A model generated the notes under the pieces. It had not been told where the DNA came from. It was given only the letters and a program-made list of their open reading frames with translations, and did not search any database. A stretch of DNA of 25,398 nucleotides from Candidatus Eiseniibacteriota bacterium (GTDB taxonomy: Bacteria; Eisenbacteria; RBG-16-71-46), in assembly GCA_031364845.1 (NCBI GenBank), contig JANLWX010000161.1, positions 1 through 25,398 of the forward strand, read 5' to 3'. Both the position numbers and the translations under genes were made by a program. The stretch's first letter is position 1; each line of letters opens with the position of its first letter. Shown piece by piece: positions 1-9,347 of this stretch.

Positions 1-2
1 CC

Positions 3-623
3 CACGTTCTCTCGGACTGTCGGTGTTTCTTCCGCTGGTGCGAGGAGACTGGACTCATTGATCGAGCGCCGATCCCTCGAAAGTTTCTGCCCCGTATTCA
101 AGAACGGCCACCGGAGCGACTTTCGGACGACGAAATCAGCAAAGTAGTTGCCTTGCGTGAGCCCTACGGGTTCATCTGCCGCTACCTGCTCTCAACAGGA
201 TTGCGGTGGGGTGAGCTGGCCAGGTTGTCCACTTCCGATGTGCAAGGCGGCGTCCTGGTCATCCACCAAACCAAGTCAGGGAAGGTTCGACGGGTTCCGC
301 TACCTGAAGACATCCGGGCTGAGTTGAAGAACCGGGTCGGGAAATTGATCAGGTTGAAGCACGCTTGCTCGGTCAGTCAGTACTTTCGGAAGGTGACGGG
401 TATCGAAGGGTTCCACGTCCATGCTCTGAGACACACATTTGCTGTTCGATGGATCGAAGACGGTGGATCACTGGCCGCGTTGCAGATGATCTTGGGTCAC
501 TCAACCGTCGTGACGACGCAGCGGTACGCCAAGCTGTCCGACGACTTCGTGCAGCGGGAGTCGGAACGGTTGGGCGGACGAGTTAATTTCTGTTCACCCC
601 GTCGTGAAAATAACGCTACATGA
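3..623 (+). CDS. Tyrosine recombinase/phage integrase, C-terminal catalytic part; 5' end lies outside the window
   Basis: The frame of ORF 153..623 stays open back to position 3 (HVLSDCRCFFRWCEETGLIDRAP...). Catalytic motifs are present: TGLRWGE (R), QTKSGK (K), HALRH (HxxR), LGH and TTQRY (Y). Confidence 0.93.
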   Translation, partial: HVLSDCRCFFRWCEETGLIDRAPIPRKFLPRIQERPPERLSDDEISKVVALREPYGFICRYLLSTGLRWGELARLSTSDVQGGVLVIHQTKSGKVRRVPLPEDIRAELKNRVGKLIRLKHACSVSQYFRKVTGIEGFHVHALRHTFAVRWIEDGGSLAALQMILGHSTVVTTQRYAKLSDDFVQRESERLGGRVNFCSPRRENNAT

Positions 624-714
624 CTAGCTGTCTTTTTGTGGCCAAGATTAGCCAAGTCCCCGTTAGGGGTGATAAATCAGCTACACGCTCCTTGAAAATA
701 AGACAGGGGCGAAA

Positions 715-734
715 CGTACCCAAAGCCGTACCCA
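715..734. repeat. Direct repeat CGTACCCA x2 (12-bp period); putative integrase arm-type sites
   Basis: CGTACCCA occurs at 715-722 and 727-734, between the integrase stop and the att core. Confidence 0.5.
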
Positions 735-787
735 TAGAAAACGAAACCGAAGTAGACTCAATAGGTTAGGCCGGACAGTGAGCCGGA

Positions 788-845
788 CTCGAAAACCGTT
801 AAGGGCGCAAGCCCTTCGAGGGTTCGAATCCCTCCCTCTCCGCCA
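788..845 (+). pseudogene. 3' half of tRNA-Ser(CGA), forming the attachment site (attR-type duplication)
   Basis: Contains anticodon loop CTCGAAA (788-794), long variable arm AAGGGC-GCAA-GCCCTT, T-arm GAGGG-TTCGAAT-CCCTC and acceptor 3' strand CCTCTCC-G-CCA. No GGAGAGG 5' strand or D-arm lies upstream, and the anticodon stem pairs only 3 of 5. Confidence 0.85.
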
Positions 846-1012
846 GTGTTTCCGCGTGATTCCGCCGCAGCCGGCCACTCGCGCGCCCGCGCCACGATTG
901 CCCCAGCGCTGGGACGGGTACCGGTAAACCCCCGCATTTCCCTGCCTCACCCCGCACCCCTCGCGTTACAATCGCCTCGCGTCATCGAATCGCCCCAATC
1001 GCGAGGTTCCCC

Positions 1013-2659
1013 ATGCCGGCCGCCCGTTTCCGCAACGCTTTCGCCGTAGCCCTCGCCGCCTGCGCTCTCGCGACCTCCGCGCGCACGGACCCCGCCGCAA
1101 TCGCTTACATCTCGCGCAACATGGACATCAATCGCATGGGGCTCACGGTCACGAACTACGGGTTCGTCGGCAACAACTTCGCCTCGCGCTCGGCCTCCAT
1201 GGAATACCCGCTCGGGACCGGATACGAGCATCTCGTTCGCGGAGGCGTGTGGATCGGCGCGTACGCGGTCGACGATGCCGGAGCATTCACCGGGGTCTCG
1301 ACTGCGGCGGTCGACGGCAGCGTGGGCACGAACCCGTCCCCGGACACCGAGTTCACACCCGACGGCAGCGATGTCATCCGGCGGTCGGCTTTCCCGACCA
1401 GTCAGTTCTACAGCCCACTCGCCAAGAGTCATCTCGATGCGATCGGGCTCTACAGCGACCTGCCTGCCAAGTCCGGCACGCGTCCGCTGTCGGTCGGCGT
1501 GCGGCAGGAGAACCTCTCGTGGGCGACGCCGGCGCACGAGGACTTCATCATCGCGCGCTACGTGATCCGAAACCTTGGGACGTCTCCGCTCATCGATGTT
1601 TGGGTTGGGCTCTACACCGAACTCGCCAGCGGACCGAAGAACGAGTACTCGTCATGGCCGCCGTCCAGCATCAGTAGTCCGCTCGGGAGTTGGTATCGCA
1701 AGGCGCTGGTCGAATACGACCCGACCTTGCGGCTGGTGCGCGAGCATCGCTGCTCGGGGCCGCCGATTCCGGGCGGGTGCCAGTTCGAGATCACGCCGCA
1801 CTGGGCGGGTGTGAAGCTGCTCACGGCACCGGATCCGGGTCAGTCGGTCACGCTCGCCGCGTGGAACTATGCGCCGGGGAGCGCCCTGCGCGATGAGGAT
1901 CACGAGCGCTACGCGATTCTGAGCGCGGGGACGATTCATGACCTATCGGCGCCGGATCTGCAGCCGGGCACGGGTGATCCGCTCGAGCTGCTGGCGATCG
2001 GTCCGTTCGGGACCGTGGCTCCGGGTGATTCGATCACGGTCGCGTTCGCGCTGGTCGGTGGCGCCGAGGTCGCAGACATCCAGGCGCACGCCGAGGCGGC
2101 GCAGGCGCACTACGATGGTGTCGTGCCCACGCTGGTGTCACTCGCGGAGGCGCAGGTCCACGGGGGCGCGGTGCGCGTGGTGTGGCACAGCGAAACGCTC
2201 GATCGCGCGACGGTGCTGCGGCGCGAATCGAACTCGGCGTGGGAGCCTCGCGGCGTCGTGCGCGCCGATGGCACCGGACGGCTCGCGTTCGACGATCGCG
2301 ATGTGCGTCCGGGGCGTCGTTACGGCTATGCGCTGCGGCCGGCGGACGAGCCGGGAACCGCGCTCGGCGAGGTGTGGCTTGAGATCCCTTCGACCGACGG
2401 GTTCGCATTGCTTGCTGCGCGTGCGATGTCGGGCGTGGAGCAAGGCGTCGAAGTCGCATTCACGCTCGATCGCGATGCCCCGGGCGATCTCGTACTGGTC
2501 GACATCGCGGGCCGCGTGCACGCGCGCGCGGATCTCGCGGGGCTCGGCGCGGGGAGTCACACGCTGCGATTGGGCGCGACGCTCACGCCGGGGATCTACT
2601 TCGTGCGGCTCGCGCACGGCGGGCGGACGGCGAACGCGAAGGTGGTCGCGACGCAGTAG
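1013..2659 (+). CDS. Secreted protein of unknown function with a C-terminal Ig-like region and a T9SS-type-A/FlgD-like sorting domain
   Basis: 548 aa with an N-terminal signal peptide (MPAARFRNAFAVALAACALATSA). C-terminus reads ...LVDIAGRVHA...PGIYFVRL...KVV. GAGG RBS precedes the ATG and TACAAT lies at 967-972. Confidence 0.75.
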   Translation: MPAARFRNAFAVALAACALATSARTDPAAIAYISRNMDINRMGLTVTNYGFVGNNFASRSASMEYPLGTGYEHLVRGGVWIGAYAVDDAGAFTGVSTAAVDGSVGTNPSPDTEFTPDGSDVIRRSAFPTSQFYSPLAKSHLDAIGLYSDLPAKSGTRPLSVGVRQENLSWATPAHEDFIIARYVIRNLGTSPLIDVWVGLYTELASGPKNEYSSWPPSSISSPLGSWYRKALVEYDPTLRLVREHRCSGPPIPGGCQFEITPHWAGVKLLTAPDPGQSVTLAAWNYAPGSALRDEDHERYAILSAGTIHDLSAPDLQPGTGDPLELLAIGPFGTVAPGDSITVAFALVGGAEVADIQAHAEAAQAHYDGVVPTLVSLAEAQVHGGAVRVVWHSETLDRATVLRRESNSAWEPRGVVRADGTGRLAFDDRDVRPGRRYGYALRPADEPGTALGEVWLEIPSTDGFALLAARAMSGVEQGVEVAFTLDRDAPGDLVLVDIAGRVHARADLAGLGAGSHTLRLGATLTPGIYFVRLAHGGRTANAKVVATQ

Positions 2660-2665
2660 TGCGGC

Positions 2666-2748
2666 AACTGTCTTCAGGGACAGTTCGTGCCGAAGCGTGC
2701 GTCTTCAAACCTTCCGGCTCAACTGTCCTTGCGGACAGTTGAGCCGGA
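2666..2748. repeat. Two copies of palindrome AACTGTC-N6-GACAGTT; the second sits in a 16-bp perfect hairpin (REP-like element or bidirectional terminator)
   Basis: Copies lie at 2666-2685 and 2721-2740. The hairpin TCCGGCTCAACTGTCC-TTGC-GGACAGTTGAGCCGGA spans 2713-2748, between convergent genes. Confidence 0.75.
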
Positions 2749-2750
2749 GC

Positions 2751-3977
2751 TCAGCCTTCCAGAAGCGACTGAATCTGCGCTTCCAGAATCTGCTCGATCT
2801 CGTCCGCGACGCCGACGTTCCGATAACGGATGCGTCCGCTCGCATCGATCACGAACACGGTCGGGAACGCCTGGATGCCGAAACCGTTCGAGGCCTTCTG
2901 CTCGGGGTCGATCACGACCGGGAACGTGAACTTGTTCGTCCTCATGTAGGTGCCGGCGAGTTCGGCGTGTCGCGCTTTGTCGCGCTCCCAGTTGATGCCG
3001 AGGAAACGCACCTGGGGATGGTCCTTGTAGCGCTGATAGAGCGCTTCGAAGATCGGCAGCTCGATGCGGCAGGGTCCGCACCACGATCCCCAGAAATCGA
3101 TCACGACGATCTTTCCGGCGAGGCTCGCAGAATCGATCGGCTTGCCGTCGATGCTGTTGAGCACCCACGTGGGCGCCGTACCGTCGTGCTTGCGCGTGTC
3201 GAGCGCGACCCGCTTCCGCGAGTCCTTGCGGGCGGCCGACAGCTGCTCATCGAGCCCCGCGAGCGAACGATGCTTCTTCTGATACGCGGCGCGCAGCGAC
3301 GCCATCGCGGTCGTGTCCTTCACCGGGAACACGGCGAGCGATCGCAGGTAGACGTCAATCGCGTCGTCGTGACGGTTCTTCTTCACGTACGCGTCGCCGA
3401 GCAATCGCAACACTTGCATGCTGTCGGCGCTGATCGGGAGCGCCCTCTCGAAGTACACGATCGCGCTGTCGGCGTTGCCGCCCTTCCAATGCACGAAGCC
3501 GAGATTCTGAACCACGAACGCGCGCATGTTGGGATCTGCGTCCTCGGGCATTTCGCGCGCGGCGCGGCGGGCGTAGACGAGCGCCTGGGGTGCGGCGCCG
3601 CCCCGATCGGCGAGCACCTGGGCGACCGCGGCGAAGAACGGAATGCGCTGCTCCATGCGCGGTCCGAGGTAGGGGATCGCGCTGTCGGCGGCCGCGGCGA
3701 TCTCCTTGCTCGGCGCACCGCTGTTGACGAGGGCGCGGATCAGCATCTGACGCATCATCCCGGCGTAGGTCGAATCCGACGCGTTCAAGATCATCGAGCG
3801 CAGGTTCGGAATCATCTCGGCGGCGCTCTCGGGGTTCGAGGCCGACTCGTTCAGCTTCATCAGATCGGAAGCGTTCGTCTGAGCCAGGGCGCTCGATACC
3901 GGCATCGTGCCCAGTGCCAACAGCAGAAGTCCGCGCGCGCAGCGCAGCGCGAGAGACGTAGGAGTCTTCAAAGGCAC
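2751..3977 (-). CDS. Exported TPR-repeat plus TlpA/ResA-like thiol-disulfide oxidoreductase
   Basis: Thioredoxin motifs DFWGSWCGPC and FPTVFVID, TPR-like helices and a signal peptide ending ALA-QTN. Start reassigned to GTG 3977, 6 nt after a CAGGAG RBS. Confidence 0.85.
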   Translation of the reverse strand: MPLKTPTSLALRCARGLLLLALGTMPVSSALAQTNASDLMKLNESASNPESAAEMIPNLRSMILNASDSTYAGMMRQMLIRALVNSGAPSKEIAAAADSAIPYLGPRMEQRIPFFAAVAQVLADRGGAAPQALVYARRAAREMPEDADPNMRAFVVQNLGFVHWKGGNADSAIVYFERALPISADSMQVLRLLGDAYVKKNRHDDAIDVYLRSLAVFPVKDTTAMASLRAAYQKKHRSLAGLDEQLSAARKDSRKRVALDTRKHDGTAPTWVLNSIDGKPIDSASLAGKIVVIDFWGSWCGPCRIELPIFEALYQRYKDHPQVRFLGINWERDKARHAELAGTYMRTNKFTFPVVIDPEQKASNGFGIQAFPTVFVIDASGRIRYRNVGVADEIEQILEAQIQSLLEG

Positions 3978-4202
3978 GGGATTCTCCTGAGGATCGAACA
4001 GTCGTGGCGGCGACGGGCACGCCACGTCGGCATGGGGCGCGGGATGATTGTAGACGAAGCCGCGCGCGCTGAGCGAAGTTTGCCCATGGGCAAGGCTCGT
4101 GGTAAGGCTTCTTTGCCTTCCCTGAACGCCCCGTGCAGGAATTGGGGCCCAGTGCAGCCCGCAATCCCGGCGCACTCCCAGGGCAACACATTAGAGTCGT
4201 GC

Positions 4203-4293
4203 GGAGAGGTGTCCGAGCGGTTGAAGGAGCACGATTGGAAATCGTGTAGGCGCTAATAACGCCTCGTGGGTTCGAATCCCACTCTCTCCGCCA
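4203..4293 (+). tRNA. tRNA-Ser(GGA)
   Basis: Full cloverleaf GGAGAGG...CTCTCTCC-G-CCA with anticodon arm CACGA-TTGGAAA-TCGTG, long variable arm and GGTTCGAATCC. Confidence 0.97.
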
Positions 4294-4355
4294 TTTCATT
4301 GCGCAGCAAGCTGCAACGCGCACGCGCGCGCACTCATCGGGGTGCGGGCGTCTGC

Positions 4356-4383
4356 TTGACGGCCTTGGTTCCGCTGATAATAT
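4356..4383 (+). promoter_or_regulatory. Putative sigma70 promoter for tRNA-Ala/ffs/dnaX
   Basis: TTGACG (4356-4361), a 16-bp spacer, then TG-n-TAATAT extended -10 (hexamer at 4378-4383). Confidence 0.55.
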
Positions 4384-4442
4384 GCACGCGCCCGGTGGCT
4401 GCGCGGACGTAGCAGGTCGCGCGGTCCAACCATCATCCTTGT

Positions 4443-4518
4443 GGGGATGTAGCTCAGCTGGGAGAGCACCTCGTTCGCAACGAGGGGGTCGGCGGTTCGA
4501 GCCCGCTCATCTCCACCA
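4443..4518 (+). tRNA. tRNA-Ala(CGC)
   Basis: 76-nt cloverleaf with anticodon arm CCTCG-TTCGCAA-CGAGG, the G3:U70 alanine identity pair and encoded CCA. Confidence 0.97.
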
Positions 4519-4528
4519 TTCCTTTTAT

Positions 4529-4627
4529 GGGCCAGGCCCAGCGCAACCCGAACTTGTGAACCCCGTCAGGACCGGAAGGTAGCAGCGGTAAGCAATCCCT
4601 CGGGTGTGCCGCTGATCACCCTGGCCC
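4529..4627 (+). ncRNA. ffs: Bacterial small SRP RNA (4.5S)
   Basis: Conserved domain IV TCAGGACCGGAAGGTAGCAGC, terminal stem GGGCCAGG...CCTGGCCC, and the usual position just upstream of dnaX. Confidence 0.93.
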
Positions 4628-4637
4628 TTTGAGTCCC

Positions 4638-6562
<1,925 letters not shown>

Positions 6563-6566
<4 letters not shown>

Positions 6567-6871
6567 TGAAGAGTTTCGGGGACATGGTGAAACATGCCCA
6601 GAAGGTTCAGAAGCAGATGTCGGAGCTGCAGGAGCAGCTGAAGGACGAGCGCTTCGACGCGAGCGGCGGCGGCGGCATGGTGAAGGCGGTCGTCGACGGC
6701 AAGCAGATGCTGAAGGAACTGAAGATCGACAAGGAAGCGATCAAGGACGGCGACGTCGAACTGCTCGAGGACCTCATCATCACCGCGGTGGGCGAGGCGC
6801 AGCGAGCTTCCGAGACGCACATGAACGACGCGCTCGGCAAGCTCACCGGCGGCTTCAAGATGCCTTTCTAG
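6563..6871 (+). CDS. ybaB: YbaB/EbfC nucleoid-associated protein
   Basis: Motifs ASGGGGMVKAVVDG and DVELLEDLIITAV. Has an AAGGAG RBS, an ATGA overlap with the dnaX stop, and dnaX-ybaB-recR synteny. Confidence 0.93.
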
Positions 6872-6888
6872 GCCGCGATCCCCCGCGC

Positions 6889-7488
6889 ATGTACAGCTCG
6901 AAATACCTCGAGCTCCTGATCGAGGAGCTGACGCGTCTGCCGAGCATCGGGCAGAAGAGCGCGCAGCGCCTGGCGCTCCACCTGCTGCGCGCCCCGCGCG
7001 AAGACGCGCTGCGGCTCGCCGAGGCGATCCGCGCGATGCGCGAACACGTCGGCTACTGCGCCACGTGCGGCAACTTCAGCGAGCAGAATCCGTGTCTGCT
7101 GTGCACCGACTCGCGCCGTGATGCGGCGCTCGTGTGCGTGGTCGAGCAACCGGGCGACGTGCTCGCCTTCGAGCGCACCGGGCAGTTCCGCGGGCGCTAT
7201 CACGTGCTTGGCGGTGCTCTGTCGCCGCTCGAGGGGACGCATCCCGACAACCTGCGCATCCGCGAATTGCTGTTGCGCATGCAGGGCGGCGAGATCCAGG
7301 AAGTCATCCTCGCCACCAATCCCAACGTGGCGGGTGAAGCGACCGCGCTCTATCTGTCGCGCCTGCTTCAGCCGCTCGGCGTCAGGATCACGCGCATCGC
7401 GCGCGGCGTTCCGATGGGCTCCGATCTCGAGTACTCCGACATGGTGACGCTCACGCGCGCCCTGGAGGGCCGTCGCGAGCTGGAGTAG
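6889..7488 (+). CDS. recR: Recombination mediator RecR
   Basis: HhH motif LPSIGQKSAQR, C4 zinc finger CATC...CLLC, and Toprim motifs YHVLGG, EVILATNP and ARGVPMG. Confidence 0.97.
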   Translation: MYSSKYLELLIEELTRLPSIGQKSAQRLALHLLRAPREDALRLAEAIRAMREHVGYCATCGNFSEQNPCLLCTDSRRDAALVCVVEQPGDVLAFERTGQFRGRYHVLGGALSPLEGTHPDNLRIRELLLRMQGGEIQEVILATNPNVAGEATALYLSRLLQPLGVRITRIARGVPMGSDLEYSDMVTLTRALEGRRELE

Positions 7489-7511
7489 CCGCTCCGGCCC
7501 CCTCGACCGCC

Positions 7512-8603
7512 ATGCTCTCGCTCATCGATGTCCTCAGCCTCATAGGCGTGCCGGTGCTCGTGGCGCTCAATGGATTTTTCGTCGCCGCCGAGTTCTCGCT
7601 CGTGACTGTGCGCTGGACACGCGTCGAAGAGCTGCTCGAGCAGGGCAAGTTCGGCGCGATCGCGGTGCGCGATGCGGTGGAGAAGCTCGATGACGCGATC
7701 GCGGCCACGCAGCTCGGGATCACCTTCGCGAGCCTCGCCCTCGGATGGATCGGCGAGCCCGCGCTGTCGCACATCTTCGAGCCTCTGTTCGCGCGGGTGC
7801 CGACTCCGTGGGGTGTCGCCGCGACGCACGCGATGTCGGTCGCGGTGTCGTTCCTGCTGATCACGTTTCTCCACGTCGTGCTCGGCGAACTCGCACCCAA
7901 GGCCGTCGCCCTCCAGCGCGCGGACGATGTCGCGCTGCTCGTGTCGGGCCCGCTGCTGGTGTTCGGCCGCGTGTTCCGGCCGTTCATCAAGTTCATGAAC
8001 GGCGCCGGAAACTGGGTGGTGCGCCAGCTGCGGCTGCCGCCGCTCTCCAAGACGCACGGCATCCATTCGGTCGAAGAAATCCAGATGCTGGTCGAGGAAA
8101 CGCAGGAGGCGGGTGTGCTTCCGGAGCAGGAAGCGACGCTGGTCCACAACGTGTTCGAGCTGTCCGACAAGGTCGTCCGCGACATCATGGTGCCGCGCGA
8201 AAAAGTGGTGTCGGTGGCGATCACCGCGTCCGAGGACGAAGTGCTCGCGACCGCGCGCGACACGGCCCACACGCGCATGCCGGTGTGGGAGGGAACGCCC
8301 GACAACATCGTCGGCATCGTCAACACCAAGGACCTGTTCCACCTGTTCAGCCTCAAGGGCATCGTGATCCTGATGGATGCGACGTATCCGCCGATCTTCG
8401 TCGATCCCGAGCGGCCGGTCTCCGATCTGTTGCGCACGTTCAAGCGCGAGAAGCGGCCGATGGCCGTGGTGCGCGACGCGGCGGAAGTGTTCGTCGGCAT
8501 CGTCACGCTCGAAGACATTCTCGAAGAGATCGTCGGCGAGATCGAGGACGAGCACGACATGCCGAGGCCGGCGCATCTGTCGCGCGTTCGCCCGCCTTCC
8601 TAG
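7512..8603 (+). CDS. Hemolysin-family/CNNM (DUF21 + CBS pair) membrane protein, probable Mg/Co transporter; no C-terminal CorC domain seen
   Basis: Motifs NGFFVAAEFSLV, TQLGIT, GELAPK, IMVPR and GIVTLEDILEEIVGEIEDEHD. Confidence 0.92.
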   Translation: MLSLIDVLSLIGVPVLVALNGFFVAAEFSLVTVRWTRVEELLEQGKFGAIAVRDAVEKLDDAIAATQLGITFASLALGWIGEPALSHIFEPLFARVPTPWGVAATHAMSVAVSFLLITFLHVVLGELAPKAVALQRADDVALLVSGPLLVFGRVFRPFIKFMNGAGNWVVRQLRLPPLSKTHGIHSVEEIQMLVEETQEAGVLPEQEATLVHNVFELSDKVVRDIMVPREKVVSVAITASEDEVLATARDTAHTRMPVWEGTPDNIVGIVNTKDLFHLFSLKGIVILMDATYPPIFVDPERPVSDLLRTFKREKRPMAVVRDAAEVFVGIVTLEDILEEIVGEIEDEHDMPRPAHLSRVRPPS

Positions 8604-8704
8604 CGGTTCCTGCACGCGTCGGCGCCGCGCGCGAATGATGTCGGAGCGCGCGATCGCAGACACCCGTCGCTCCAACTGTGCGCATTCTTACGGGTTGCAC
8701 GAAA

Positions 8705-8720
8705 GTTGTACTTGTACAAC
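8705..8720. promoter_or_regulatory. Inverted repeat GTTGTAC-TT-GTACAAC; putative operator upstream of mglB
   Basis: Perfect AT-rich 7-2-7 dyad in the intergenic region, about 90 bp before the mglB ATG. Confidence 0.45.
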
Positions 8721-8807
8721 ATCGCGCATGCGTGTTACTTCTACGCGCGGAACAAGGACGAACCACGGAGTTCCACGACCTCAGTCCGCCCGTGTGCGGG
8801 GGGTTTC

Positions 8808-9308
8808 ATGCCTCAATGGACTCTGTTCGAAAATGACTTTCGAACAATCGATCAAGTACTCAGTGAGCTGCTCGAAAGGACCAATGCCCTTTCGGTGCAT
8901 CTCGTCGACCGTTCCGGCCAGCTCATCACCTCGGCCGGGCGCACCGGCGACTTCGACGCCACCGCGTTCGCGAGTCTGATCGCCGCCGACTTCACCGCCA
9001 ATGCCGAGATCTCGCAGCTGCTGGGCGAACAGGGCGTCGAGGCTGTCGTGAGCGAAGGCAAGCAGCGCTCGGTGTACTCCGTGATGCTCGCCGGCCGCGT
9101 GATCCTGTGCACGGTGTTCGATCGCCGCAGCACGCTCGGGATCGTCCGTTTCCGCGCGCAGCGCGCGGTGAACGAGCTCGAACCGGTGTTCCACGGTCTG
9201 TTCGAGAAGGTCGGTCTCTCGGAACCGGCGCTGGCGGTGCCTGAATTCGCCTCGTCCGACTTCGCGGCGGCCGCGGCACAAGAGGTGGACGCGCTGTTCG
9301 GCGACTGA
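8808..9308 (+). CDS. mglB: MglB-like Roadblock/LC7 protein (GAP for MglA)
   Basis: Motifs LVDRSGQLI, FASLIAADF, FDRRSTLGIVR and C-terminal helix EVDALFGD. Directly upstream of mglA; ATG 8808 follows a G-rich RBS. Confidence 0.88.
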   Translation: MPQWTLFENDFRTIDQVLSELLERTNALSVHLVDRSGQLITSAGRTGDFDATAFASLIAADFTANAEISQLLGEQGVEAVVSEGKQRSVYSVMLAGRVILCTVFDRRSTLGIVRFRAQRAVNELEPVFHGLFEKVGLSEPALAVPEFASSDFAAAAAQEVDALFGD

Positions 9309-9347
9309 ACAAAACTTTCGCGCCGCATTTGCTGGACGGAGAACCGA

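Larger units (their letters stand above)
1..845. mobile_element. Right end of an integrative element or prophage inserted in tRNA-Ser(CGA)
   Basis: An integrase gene points toward a 5'-less tRNA fragment. Short direct repeats lie between them, and the DNA is visibly more AT-rich than the sequence after 845. Confidence 0.8.

Noticed and set aside
755..845. Intact tRNA-Ser(CGA) gene
   Set aside because: There is no 5' acceptor strand or D-arm, and the anticodon stem is mispaired; only the 3' half is present.
1938..4256. 772-aa plus-strand ORF and the many other long Arg/Ala-rich ORFs
   Set aside because: These are shadow frames of high-GC genes. They overlap well-supported CDSs or tRNAs and show no recognisable motifs.
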